A stretch of DNA of 63,667 nucleotides, filler included, from Reticulomyxa filosa (taxonomy: Eukaryota; Protista; Foraminifera), in NCBI GenBank assembly GCA_000512085.1. It is 25 parts of 25 records of this genome, joined end to end, with 100 filler letters (N's around TTAATTAATTAA, not from the genome) between each part and the next. Parts side by side here need not be neighbours in the genome. Positions count along the whole stretch, not along the records: positions 11,189 to 15,997 come from ASPP01003871.1; positions 16,098 to 17,276 come from ASPP01008927.1; positions 17,377 to 18,452 come from ASPP01019622.1; positions 18,553 to 19,769 come from ASPP01028028.1; positions 19,870 to 22,377 come from ASPP01026990.1; positions 22,478 to 25,876 come from ASPP01018403.1; 19 more parts are not named here. One strand, written 5' to 3'. The notes beneath the pieces are model-generated. The model did not search any database. It was not told the DNA's origin and worked only from the letters and a program-made list of their open reading frames with translations. The position numbers and the translations under genes are program-made. Shown in pieces: positions 13,151 to 24,950 of this stretch (within the stretch, counting starts at the first letter, position 1; each line of letters begins with the position of its first letter).

Positions 13151-13749
13151 TAAGTTCTTTCTAGGTTGATCAGAACAAAAGTAGTGTTAATAGCCAGACT
13201 TTTTTATCAGCTTTTCTTGATTGAGCACCTTTTTAAACTTTTAAGCATACCAGTAAACTCGCAACAAAGACTTAAATCCAAAAAAACATGTAAAAAATGT
13301 TGGTTTATTTTGTTTAATCTTTTAAAAAAATCAATACGCTTTATGATCATTAGAAAATAGTGATAAACTGATGTTGAAAACCAGATCTTACCTTTGACGA
13401 ATTATCATTCTTTTTTCAAAAAATAAATTATAAATGATTTATTGTGTTTTATTATTGTAGTGTATAAATACTTGCAGTAACTCGGCAAAAGAAATACGAG
13501 ATAATGTTTATAATTCAGTACAATCCAACGATGTGATGTTATTCAAAATGGTGCAAAAATATAATTGGCGATAAGCATACTCTTATATTTGGTTGCTTTG
13601 CAAGAGTTTTTATTAATTCAAGTACAAATTATGTTGTTTTTTTTCAAAGTTTGTTTAATTCATGTTTAAGATATATACATATATGTTTATACCTTTATTG
13701 GAGGACGTGAGTGTATACGTACGACAATGCTTTATGATAAATTCTTTTA

Positions 13750-15156
13750 CAATATAATGCAAAGTAAAGTTAACACATTATAGAGATTATTGATTTTCTT
13801 CATGAAAAAACAACATTCAGACCTAATTTTTTTATAAAAAATATCTACAAATCTTGTAGTTTTTAAATATAATTTTGGTTTTTTATTAAATCGTTCATAA
13901 TTATTTCAATATTTTAACTTTGTTTATTTTTTCTTTTTTTAGCTAAATGTAGTTCGATATTTTAGTCTTTTAATTATTTTTTTTGAAAATTGATAAAGGA
14001 TTGAGAATTTTAACAAAAGACGTGCTATTGATCTGTTTTGCCAGTGCTGGAGTTTGCGCAAAGTTGTAAAAAAATTTAGTGTAAGCCAGTAATGTTTATG
14101 CAAATTGAAGCTGACGTTCAATCATAAAAACAAAAAAGTATGTGGAAGCATAATAATGTGTTCTTGAGTTGGAGTGTTATGACTTGGTTATGAATGTAAC
14201 ATTGATGACATATGTGTCAATACATAAATTTACAAAGAAATTTTAAGTAATGAAATGCTCAAAAAGCATTAATGGTGTTTAGAAGATAATGAAGATTGTA
14301 TATTTCGGCAAGATAATGCCACTAGCCACAAAGAAATTACAACAAAAGAATAGTTTGAACAAAATTTTATAAAGTATTGTATTTCCATTAAAATTCTCCA
14401 GACCTGAACCAAATCGAAAATCTATTGTATATAGTGAAAACAAAAATATTCAAAAATGGACCATTCAGATCAAAAGAAGAACTCTTTAAACAATTTGAAA
14501 AAATTGACAAAGAAACATACACAAACTTAACAAAATCAATGCCAGAACGAATACAAGCAGTATACAATGCAAAAGGTGATTTAACTAAATAGTAATTTTC
14601 ACTAAAAACAATCTTAGTACAAAAAAAAATTTTAGTTTGAATTAGTTTAACTTGTTTGTCATTAGACAAAAAAAAAGCAAAAAAACCAATAATAAGTAAA
14701 TACAAAGCAAAAAGTACTAAAAAACAATAATATCTTCACAATGTACAAACTTTGAAAATAGCATTAAATTCTGCAAAAAATAATTTTTTGGTTAACAAAA
14801 ATTGAGTTTTCTCAAAAACTACGCAACGTAGAATACTAATCTTTTTTTTACAAATATCTACTCATTGAAGGATTTCTGAAAATGATTAAAAAAGTTGGCA
14901 AATTTCATGGTTACGACACAATCACGATTGCAACTTTTTCTCGAAAATTTTCAAAAATCAATAAAATATTCAAATTTTTTAAACAATTAGTAAAGATTTA
15001 ATAAAAAACTAAAATGATATTTAAAAACTACACGACTTGTAGATATTTTTTTTAAATAAAAAAAAATTAGGTTTGAATATTGTTTTTTTCATGAAGAAAA
15101 TCAGTCGTCTCTATAAGGTGCCGGTTTAGGTGTCAACTTTACTTTGCATTCTACTG
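13750..15156 (+). mobile_element. Tc1-family (DD34E) DNA transposon relic, about 1.4 kb, with about 150-bp TIRs and TA flanks
   Basis: The left end TA|CAATATAATGCAAAGTAAAGTT is the inverted copy of the right end AACTTTACTTTGCATTCTACTG|TA. Internal remnants: QDNATSH (14309), NSPDLNQIENL (about 14392-14424) and SMPERIQAVYNAKGDLTK*. The D-to-E distance is 104 nt, i.e. DD34E minus 1 nt. Confidence 0.92.
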
Positions 15157-15367
15157 TATTACTATCAAAAAATCAATTAAGCAATTATTGATAGTTTTGT
15201 AAATATATATCATCTAAGCGAAGTTATTTTTGAGAACTCTTAATTTCCAGGGGAAAAGAGGTGTTCCACTCCAAAAAGAAAAAAGTTTTTTTGTGCACAA
15301 TAATTTGCGCAATAATCCATCCATCTGTCACGAAATATAATATAATATATACCTAAGCGAGAAAAAG

Positions 15368-15980
15368 ATGAAGAGTGTCGAAGGTCTATCTTTGTCAAAA
15401 TCGAACAGTGTGACACTTAATAAAGCGGGAAAGGCAGGAGTTGGGAGTGCAGCTAAGGCCAAAGTAAAAAGAATTCAATTAGAAAACATATTAAAAGACG
15501 GAAGATCGGACACATCAAAAAGCAAGCTATTGGGAAGTGGTGGTAGTACAAGTCAGTTGGCAGGCATGCCAACATTGGATTTGGAAGAACTGCGAAATAA
15601 CCCGTTTATTGACACAGCAGATCTGATGATGACATCGAAAGTGACAGCCCCTTTAGGAGGAGGTGGGCACACATGGAGCAACCCTAATGTTGCCGTGAGT
15701 GTCAACCCGAGCACCAGCGCTGTAAGCACGAATAATGTAACAAATGGCACTAGCAACGCGACAGATCAATTGAATCAGCAGCAGCTTATAACAAGCAACG
15801 ACGGCAATCTATCTCATGACACTTACTCTCACTCCGACGGAGGGAGTGGGAGTGTTGTCAGTGCAAATGCCAAACCGACAAAAGCAACCAATCAAGAGGT
15901 GATCAGTGCTGTTCCCAACGCAGTGACATCCAGAACAACCATTGCGTCAAGACCACTTCGAATTTTCAAGAATTTGACTG
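15368..15980 (+). CDS. First exon of a hypothetical Ser/Thr/Asn-rich protein (3'-truncated)
   Basis: ATG followed by about 200 open codons of higher GC, ending at a GT and T-rich intron at the segment end. Confidence 0.6.
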
Positions 15981-16561
15981 TTTGTTTTTTTTTTTTANNN
16001 NNNNNNNNNNNNNNNNNNNNNNNNNNNNNNNNNNNNNNNNNTTAATTAATTAANNNNNNNNNNNNNNNNNNNNNNNNNNNNNNNNNNNNNNNNNNNNCCA
16101 TTTTCCTTTTCGTTGACTTTGTTTTTCCTACAAAACCAACACTCTCTTTCTTTGAAACAGAAGACAATTCTGCGCAACTATCAATGATGTTCTTGAAATG
16201 GTTTTCAACGAATGAATTAGACTAGCCATTGGCTCGCTTTGATTGATATATTAATGTGCTGGGAAAAATATGAACTGGGATCCTTTTTAGTAAACACTGC
16301 CCTGAACACAATCTGAAACGATTTTGAAATGCAATGAATAAATCTCTTTGGCCTTTAAAAAATTGCACAAGAATATAAAACAATCAAAAGCAAGATGTCC
16401 ACAACAAAATGTAATGACAAAAAAATTAAACTCTAAAAGAATACAATAATTGTATTGGTTTAAAAGTAAGTGAGAGTACAGAGCTAAATTTACTGGTGTA
16501 CTACTTTGCTGAGAACCGTCCCACGTTTGCTACGGGAAAAAAAACAGGAACCTTGAATTAG

Positions 16562-17239
16562 GTGTTCCATACTGAAATGGACATCCAACCGGGTGCCAGT
16601 ATGGTACCAAAAGAAGACTATGACAATTTGCAAACCTCGTATGAGGAGTTGAGCAATTTGGTGTCACGACAGCAATCGACGATTGACAATCTGAATAGCG
16701 AGGTGAACGACCTGAAGGCAAAGAAGTTTGACCTGCAAAAAAAGATAATGAAATTGCAAGCGGACACAAAAAAAATTGCGTTTGCAGAGGTGGAAAGGAA
16801 GCCATTACCACCAAAGCCAGGACAGGGGATTCCATTGAGCCCGTCGCAGACGCCTCAATTACCCAGGCCGCCATCGGCGATGACACTGCCAGTGACGGCG
16901 AGCACTTTCTCGTTGGAGCCGTCCATGTCCCCGTCGACGCTCTCCCAACGAGAGAGAGGTCAATGGCAGGAGCCAGCGCCCAAGGTTTGTGAACGAAAGG
17001 GAGGAGGGAAGAAAGGGAAGAAAGAGAAGAAAAGGAAGGATAGGAAATATCAATAAGCAAACAAACAAATAAAACACAAACGAATAAACAAAACAAAACA
17101 AAATAAAAATAATATGTAAACATTTAAATTGACAAAAATAGCAAAACCAAACGAAGAAAAAAAAAGCAAACCTGAGTTGGAAAAATATGAAAAAATGAAA
17201 AAGATTGGCATGCCATTGCAGAGTATCATTAATAAAATG
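16562..17239 (+). CDS. Coiled-coil, Pro-rich protein with a CCDC53/WASHC3-C-terminal-like motif, formin-like actin regulator (fragment)
   Basis: Heptad coiled coil and RKPLPPKP..LPRPP. The next exon reads PELEKYEKMKKIGMPLQSIINKM, matching the KYxKMxxxGxPxxxxxxKM motif. Confidence 0.6.
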
Positions 17240-17591
17240 GTATTCCTTATATGCATATACATATATATATATATATNNNNNNNNNNNNNNNNNNNNNNNN
17301 NNNNNNNNNNNNNNNNNNNNTTAATTAATTAANNNNNNNNNNNNNNNNNNNNNNNNNNNNNNNNNNNNNNNNNNNNGAAGTAATTTACGTTTTTGATTAT
17401 ATTAAATCTACAACCTCTTATGTGAGCCTTCACAAATAAGGAGTTCGTATTGAGATTCTTTACATGGAGTGGGTAGCTCTTCAAAATTTGAAAGGTTTGA
17501 TTGGTCATCTCATTTAAACGCGAATGAACACACCCAATAAAAAAAAGACGATTAATTTTTTCAATTGATTAGAACTTTGTAATCAATAGAG

Positions 17592-18152
17592 TTATAGAAA
17601 AAAATGGAATAAAGGCCAGTGCGTTTTTTTTATTGTTTCTTTCTTTGCTTGGCGTTGTGTGTTTGCATACTCATGGAGTTGATCTATTCGACGAGTGATA
17701 TACTTGATCAAATCAGTTTTGAAAACATTCGTCTGTATTTGCTCAATCAAATTATCGCGATAATTTTTATGTTCTCCGCACATACTGACTTCGGCCATCG
17801 TTTGAATAACGTAATTGCCGTACTCGTTGCGTATGAGGTAAGAGATCAAAGCCGGTTTATTGGAGTCTCGTTTGTTGTATCCATACAATAAGGCATCGAA
17901 CATTTGCTTTTGATAAGCCTCACCGCATTTGCTTAAGCAGAACTCGCTCACATTAGACGCAAACTTTTCAGGACAGATATCCAAAAGCACGTACAATGCT
18001 TGCAACCAGGTTTCGAAGCGATGAACAGCGGTGGCCTCATAGAAATTCGAGCACATTTCAAAGTTGCTCATGTCGTAAGGCTTGCAATATTTGCCATAGT
18101 TGCGAGTGCGATGGCTGTCATTATCGTTGGTTCCCCTACAGCCAAATGTCAA
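17592..18152 (-). CDS. Pumilio/PUF RNA-binding protein, C-terminal repeats
   Basis: EKFASNVSEFCL and NEYGNYVIQTM match the last two PUF repeats. Confidence 0.8.
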   Translation of the reverse strand: MTFGCRGTNDNDSHRTRNYGKYCKPYDMSNFEMCSNFYEATAVHRFETWLQALYVLLDICPEKFASNVSEFCLSKCGEAYQKQMFDALLYGYNKRDSNKPALISYLIRNEYGNYVIQTMAEVSMCGEHKNYRDNLIEQIQTNVFKTDLIKYITRRIDQLHEYANTQRQAKKETIKKTHWPLFHFFL

Positions 18153-18662
18153 GCAAAATGTGGATTCGATATATGGTGGAGACTACTATTGCAATCGATG
18201 GGATCGTAAATAGAAAGTCGGCTACGATGATAAACAGTTCGAGTTCTTTCAATAGTTCTTTTTTTTGCTATTGTTGTAGTTGAGATATGTATTTATTTAA
18301 AAAAGATACATATATATATATGTACATTTATGCAAAATATTAACTCAATAAGACTGGAATTCATTGGTTTCTATGTTATTTGTATTATAATGCTTTGTAA
18401 TAAATTTATCAAAATTTGTGTTGTGACTCAACAGAAATATTTTTAATTGTTCNNNNNNNNNNNNNNNNNNNNNNNNNNNNNNNNNNNNNNNNNNNNTTAA
18501 TTAATTAANNNNNNNNNNNNNNNNNNNNNNNNNNNNNNNNNNNNNNNNNNNNTTCAAAAAAATAGTACATTATCTTTTTAGTTTTTGAAATTAAATCAAA
18601 ATTTTTCCTTTAGATTGCAAAAAAAAAGTGACAAAGATTCTTGAGCACGTTGGAAAACTAAT

Positions 18663-19769
18663 CTATCTATTTTTTCTTTTTTTATAAGAACCCAAGTTAA
18701 GAATTTTTTCTTCCACCGAATTTTTCATCATCAACGTATAAATATAGACATCTTTTTTTTGATCCAACGATATACTCGATTGATTGCTTGGCGAAATAGC
18801 GTGGGATTCAAATATGTGAGTTTGAAATTTGAAATGACTTTTTTGTAACTCTTCCATCAGCCAAACGGTGCAATCAGAGAACATGGTAAAGATTAAAATG
18901 TTGCCAGTGGGTTTTTCCTCTCCGCAATTGATGTAATTGTTCCATTAACATTTTGATTTGCACTTTAAACACGAATTGTGTTATTCTCATATTCTTGTTG
19001 TTGCACGATCACGAGGAAAAAGCACTGGATATGTCATCAACCGATAGTTCTTCCGCTTGTGCGGTCATGATTTCTTTTCTAAAAATCGTGTCGTCTCATT
19101 GAAGACGATAATTAAGCGGTGCATTTTTGTATTCTATTATTTCATTAATTTACATAACATATCCTATAATATATATAAATATAAATATGTATATATACAA
19201 ACAAGAGTGGATTGAAGGGATGCATGAGTAGGAGGATTGTAATGGAACAAAGACGAGCCATCCAAATATATGGATGGAAGAGACAGAGATTGAAGATTGT
19301 TGCAAAACTTGTCCTTGTCCAAATCGAATGATTGTGCTTACCAACAAATGATATCTTCCGCTTTGGTCTGTTTTTTGCTATCACTTGTCCATTCTTTTCC
19401 ATTGCCAGCGATGAACTTTCTACTCTCATTTCAAAAAAAAAAAAAAACATATTCAAATTTGAATTTAATATGATTTTATTACGTCCATTTTTTTTTCTTT
19501 TTTTTAAAAGATAAAGTAATCAATTGACCCAACACACTTACATGTAAATGCATCATACCAATGGTAATCCCACTCTTTTGTTTCTTTTCCTCTTGCTCCC
19601 CCCCTCCCTCCACTTCTTCTTCTTTCTTGGTTCTGAACTTCCCGTCCGTGGCATCAATATTTAGTGATGATAATGCCACTTTCGGCATTAAAGATGCTTG
19701 GCCAATCAAAAGGAAGTCGTTCACTGTTTCCGTCGCTGTGATAGATATACTTGATGAAATACAGCAAGA
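18663..19769 (-). pseudogene. SNF2-family (Rad5/16/SHPRH-like) helicase C-terminal remnant
   Basis: KILIFTMF (motif IV). LNPTLFRQAINRVYR (motif VI) is frameshifted into QKKDVYIYTLMMKNSVEEKIL. The motif V region is deleted and there are several frameshifts upstream. Confidence 0.7.
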
Positions 19770-20001
19770 NNNNNNNNNNNNNNNNNNNNNNNNNNNNNNN
19801 NNNNNNNNNNNNNTTAATTAATTAANNNNNNNNNNNNNNNNNNNNNNNNNNNNNNNNNNNNNNNNNNNNATCAATTTGTTTTGTTAAAGGATATCATATT
19901 TTATTCGAAATGATTCATTAAAATGAATTCCATTTTAATCAAAATATAAATGTTTTTCTTTCAAAAAAAAAATGGAGATTCCTCCAATAATAAACGCTAT
20001 C

Positions 20002-20039
20002 ATTAATTGGAGTGACTCCAAAAAAAGATGATTTTTATG
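20002..20039. repeat. Direct repeat copy 1 containing the palindrome TTGGAGT-G-ACTCCAA
   Basis: ATTAATTGGAGTGACTCCAAAAAAAG is identical at 20002 and 22331. Confidence 0.85.
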
Positions 20040-20820
20040 AAACAAACACGATAAAAAAGAACCAAAATCACATTAATTTTGAGCTTTGAAATTTTTTTTT
20101 TTGTTGTTGAAAAGTGATAAGATTATGCATTTATTTTATCCAAATGAATTTGGAAGAATCACGATAAAAAGAACAAAAAAAAAATACTGTTTTTGTAAGA
20201 TTATTATTTTGTGTGGATTGTTTCTCTTCTGCATTTCAATGCACTCAAGAAACGTTACATATTCATCTTTGAGAAATACGCATAAATAATATCTTCAATG
20301 AACAACAGAGTTGCGTCTATTGTCATTCATTGATTGAATTGTTGTATGAGCCATGTACTGACTCTCGTCTTGTTTGATAATAGTATGATGACAACGATAT
20401 TGAATGTCAGCGTAAACGAGAAAATAGGTAATTGATGAAACAAGTGTGTGGGAAACAAACTTTGAGCTACCACACTAAGTTCAAACACTTTCACGTCACT
20501 TTTCTCTTCTTAAAACAAAAAAACACGTCATCTCCAAAAACCTAGTCCAAAAAAAAACTAGGTAAACAATTGGAGTGTTTTTTTTCATTTTTTTTTTAAT
20601 GAAAAAAAATAATGACAAGAAATTCATTTGCATTTATAGTACTGTATGCTTGATTGTATATTCTTGTAACTATGGATTTTTTGAAAAAATGATTTCTCAA
20701 ATATGCAAGTTTTCTTGAGTTGTACCAGTTTTAAAAACAGCAAAAGGGATTTCGAAAAAAACTAAAGCTTTCTAAAATTTTGCATTCCTAATAACTGCTA
20801 CCCACTAACTAAACAAAAGA

Positions 20821-21891
20821 ATGTCTTTTAAAGCTTTTATTTGTTTGAAAAAAAGATGCATGAAGTAGAACTTGTTTCCATGGACTTCAAAAGTTTGGAA
20901 GAGAAGGTCTCGAAGCTAATCAAAGCGAGCAATAAAGACAATCTCCATTTTAAAATTTTTGACAATAATGGTCAAGAAATTATCAATGATCAACAATTAA
21001 AACGTGCACTTGAAATTCAACCTATTTTCTTTTTCATTCACAGTTTTGTTTATTATTGTTATTATTATTTTCATTTATTTATTTTAAAGTTTAAAATTGA
21101 ATCAAAAAAATAGATGATGATAATGATGAAAAGAAAATTCCAAAAAGAAGAATGTCATAAAATTATAAATCCATTGGTATTATTAACAGGAGATGCGAAA
21201 TATAAAAACAAAGATTCTTTATTAAGAGTAAAAATTGATTTAATGATGTTTCAAAATTTATTTGAAAAAAATATGGATATAAAGTATATTGCACTTATGA
21301 TCCAAATAAATCTGAGACTGAATTATTAACATTAAATCAATTAGATGTATTTTTAATGAAACATTGTCTCAGTTTAAGTAAAACGAATAATATTGATGGT
21401 AATGATTCATTAATATTTGTAGGTGTGGTCATGGAAGTACAAACAATGGAGAAGATATTTTAATTACTTCCGATGATAAATCTCAAATTTTCAAAAGTAT
21501 TCAAGATTTATTTACTCATAAAACTAAAGTATTTTTAAATAAACCGAAAATATTTATTAAAAATGCATGTCGAGGAAATGAACCACCAGAACCTGTTAAA
21601 AGAGGAACTCAATGGTATAATAAAGAATCAGATACATTAATAATATTTCCAACTACAATTGGTAAACAAATTTATGATTCAATGGGACCTGAAAAAGGCA
21701 GTTATTTTACAAATTATTTTTGTGATGTTATGATACAAAATATTTCATCACCAAAATCATTAGAAGATAATTTGAAAATAATTTCAAAATTGATTTTAAA
21801 AAATGTAAATACTGAACAGCTTATTGAATATGTTTCAACACTTGATCAACAAGTATTCTTTTACAATAAAAATATATCCAAAAATAAATAA
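20821..21891 (+). pseudogene. PB1-like domain plus caspase-like (peptidase C14) protease; three frameshifts (pseudogene or sequencing errors)
   Basis: N-terminal FKIFDNNGQEIINDQQL (OPCA-like). Catalytic His motif DSLIFV/CGHG (21424-21435) and Cys motif KPKIFIKNACRG (21541-21576). Small-subunit motifs DTLIIFPTT and GSYFTNYFC. Confidence 0.8.
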
Positions 21892-22330
21892 TTGAATTGG
21901 ATGAAAATAATCAATGAAATGAAGCTAATAAAAAAGCACATGAAATAATTAATGCAATGGTTCATAACAAACAACGAGGAATTATTGTTGTTGCAGCAAA
22001 TATTGATCAATTTGCAAAGTCCAATAATAAATGGTTTTGGCAAGATATCCCATTTACAATAAAAATAAAAAATCTTTTGCTCAAATTAAAATAAATTACC
22101 AGAAGTGCCAAATATATTGTTAAAGAGATGTTTTAACAAAGTAGTTTTTATTTCAAAAAGGGTGAGATAATACTATGATTGGAAGAGTCTAGAAGCAATA
22201 GCTTTTAAAAAAAGGTAGGAATAATGCAGTATGTTTCAACTGTAAAATAAAAATCAAAATAATTATATGTAAGTATACAATCTAAGTGTATTTCTTTAAC
22301 AAAAAGAAAAAATGGATGACCACGTATATA

Positions 22331-22370
22331 ATTAATTGGAGTGACTCCAAAAAAAGGTAGTTTTTTTATG
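22331..22370. repeat. Direct repeat copy 2 containing the palindrome TTGGAGT-G-ACTCCAA
   Basis: Matches 20002-20039, 2329 nt downstream. Confidence 0.85.
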
Positions 22371-22477
22371 CAAAAAANNNNNNNNNNNNNNNNNNNNNNN
22401 NNNNNNNNNNNNNNNNNNNNNTTAATTAATTAANNNNNNNNNNNNNNNNNNNNNNNNNNNNNNNNNNNNNNNNNNNN

Positions 22478-23330
22478 TTGGTGGATTGACAGTTTCTTAT
22501 CAGATCGACTTGGAAGAGTAGCATTGAATGTAACAAATTCAGCATGGATGGAATTCAATATTGATGTTACTCAAGGATATGTTTTATCCCCAATATTGTT
22601 ACTATTATATATTAATGATTTACCATTGTCCTATTCATTGCGGCATGTTCGCAGATGATGGGGTATTGTGAAAATCAATATTCACAAGTGATGTTAATTA
22701 GATAGTATTCAATTACAACTGTTGCAACAAAGCCTGGATGAAGCATACATTTGGTCTAATACATGGAAGATGTTACTTGCAGCTTATAAGAAGCAATGTA
22801 TCACATTCAGGCACCAGAACAAAAAGAAATTTACTAGATAAAATTGATATTGCAGAAATTAAATTTGAAGGAATGTTATTATGTAAAGTATCTTGGATTG
22901 TTCCTTGATTCTCACATGACTTATTCCAGACATGTAAACTACGTATATGACAAAGCAGCGAGGAAACTTGGATATTTGACATACTTATGCTCATACAAAG
23001 GAGTTGGACCAAGTTTATCTATGTATAGTTTATTATATAAGACCATCATTCGCCCGATTCTCGAGTATGAATCAGTATTTTGGAATGTTGCAGACACTCA
23101 TAAGAGGAGATCGGAAAGGATACAAAGGATTTCAATGTGTCGAATTCTTGGTGTAATGAACCAGACTGCTTATGATACTATCAATTTAATCTACCAACTT
23201 CTTCCTCTCGAATGGCGACAAAACGATGAGAAGTGAAGCTATGCAACAAGTGTATCAGATGGTCAGGTCATAACATTGTGTTGGCGTACAAGATTTTGAA
23301 TGAATCGAGACCAAGGACATATTAATGTTT
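22478..23330 (+). mobile_element. Non-LTR retrotransposon (LINE) reverse transcriptase remnant
   Basis: WIDSFLSDR, VTQGYVLSPILLLLYINDL, MFADD, VKYLGLFLD and LYKTIIRPILEY, interrupted by stops and frameshifts. Confidence 0.92.
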
Positions 23331-23559
23331 CTTTCTTGAATTATGGAATATTAACGTATATTTTGATCAGACCGGTGATATCACAAAGCCTCCAGATCTT
23401 ACTGTCTAGCTCGTAATGAACATAAAGATACTGTAAATTATAATCAATATTCTTCTTTTTGATCTGAATCCTTCTTGCAATAAATAGATATGGTGCTGCT
23501 TCTGATGCAAGTTTTGTTCTAATGTTTGGCCTTGGAATAAAATATGTTTATATTATTCT

Positions 23560-24950
23560 GGAATACCAATAGGCTACTGATCATAGATAAGCTTGCATAT
23601 TACAATGTTAATTTCACTTTTGATCGATTCCAATCCACGTCTGCACCGACGTCAGGTTAATTGATTGCAATAAGGGTTTTAATTGCTGTAGTGCTGATTT
23701 AATATCTGCCAATTCACGTCTTAGCGGTAAGACTTCATCAGTATCAGATTTCTTATTCTGTTGCCTTTGATCGTCGTTAGTCTTTCTTTTATTCTTCTTT
23801 ATATTAATACTATTCTTTGATTTTCGATTTACATTATTATTTTCTTTTCAATTTATTCTCATACTGATGCTGTCAAAGGAAAAAGATTAATTCTTTGCTT
23901 ACTACTGCACATTTGATTTTATTGTAATGATTTGTGAGCTTTTTTCTCATGAATTCGTCTTCTTTACTTGCTTTGCTAATCGCTTCGCTTTTCTATGAAT
24001 TGCTTGGACTCTGCTTTCGACATAATACACATTTATGTTTGTTTGGTATTTTGATGATTCGTGATTTGCCAGTTTGCAATACTTACATACTTTGCGCTTC
24101 TTTGAAAATTCACTATCAATGTGGTGCAATCTGTAGTATTTCCTGCATTGCTTGGAATAAGTTTTTGTCCTGATTTGCCTTTGTCGAATGGCTGTACTTT
24201 CACCATTGAATATCCAATCTTAATATCATTGTCTTTCAATATCTTTAGTCTTGGATAGCAACACTTTAACAATTGACATATTATGTAATCATTTTGGTAT
24301 CCATAATCTTCCAATGTCTCCTTGATTTCACTATCGCTTTCGCGAGCTGATAATTCTCGAAGCATGACATATTTATTCACTTTATGATTAGCCATCAGCG
24401 AATGTCTTACGATAAATGTCAAATCTTAGCTTTCTTACAATTTTTTGTTTACAATCTTTATTTTCTTTTTGTTCAACTTTGTCCATTCTTGGCATCATTG
24501 AAGTTATGATCTAGTTGAAGTAGCTGCTCCTTAACATCGACTGCAAAATGAACAATAAAGTCCGAAAATTTACATAAAATGTATTAGATATACTTTTCTG
24601 GACAACGCATTTTTGTTTTTCAATCCAATTAGTTTAATCATCCATGTTGTTGATTTAAGTTCTTTGGACTTAATTGTAGTGACGGCGTCGACGTATCGTA
24701 CACACGAATTGTCGTCAAAATTGCATATTTTAATTCAACAAATTTCAAATGTGTTTCAGCAATCTTCTTTCTTCGTTTTGTTGAATACTTGAACTATGTA
24801 ATACAACTTGAAATGTTAAATATTGACTTTTTGCTTTCTTCGCAATGTTATCAGTTAATCCACTATCAGATTTCTTTCGTTTTGTAGCTGTTCGCTTTGT
24901 ACCACTTGTGTAACATGTATGACTGTTTATCATTAAATTTGATTCTTGAA
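23560..24950 (-). mobile_element. LINE ORF1 (gag-like, zinc-knuckle) remnant in the opposite orientation
   Basis: EIKETLEDYGY and IKIGYSMVKVQPF, then decayed CCHC knuckles QCRKYYRLHHIDSE and VCKYCKLANHESSK. Heavily frameshifted. Confidence 0.65.

Noticed and set aside
22336-22362. Helitron 3' end (hairpin followed by GTAG)
   Set aside because: The terminus is not CTRR, the spacing is short, and the other copy lacks it.
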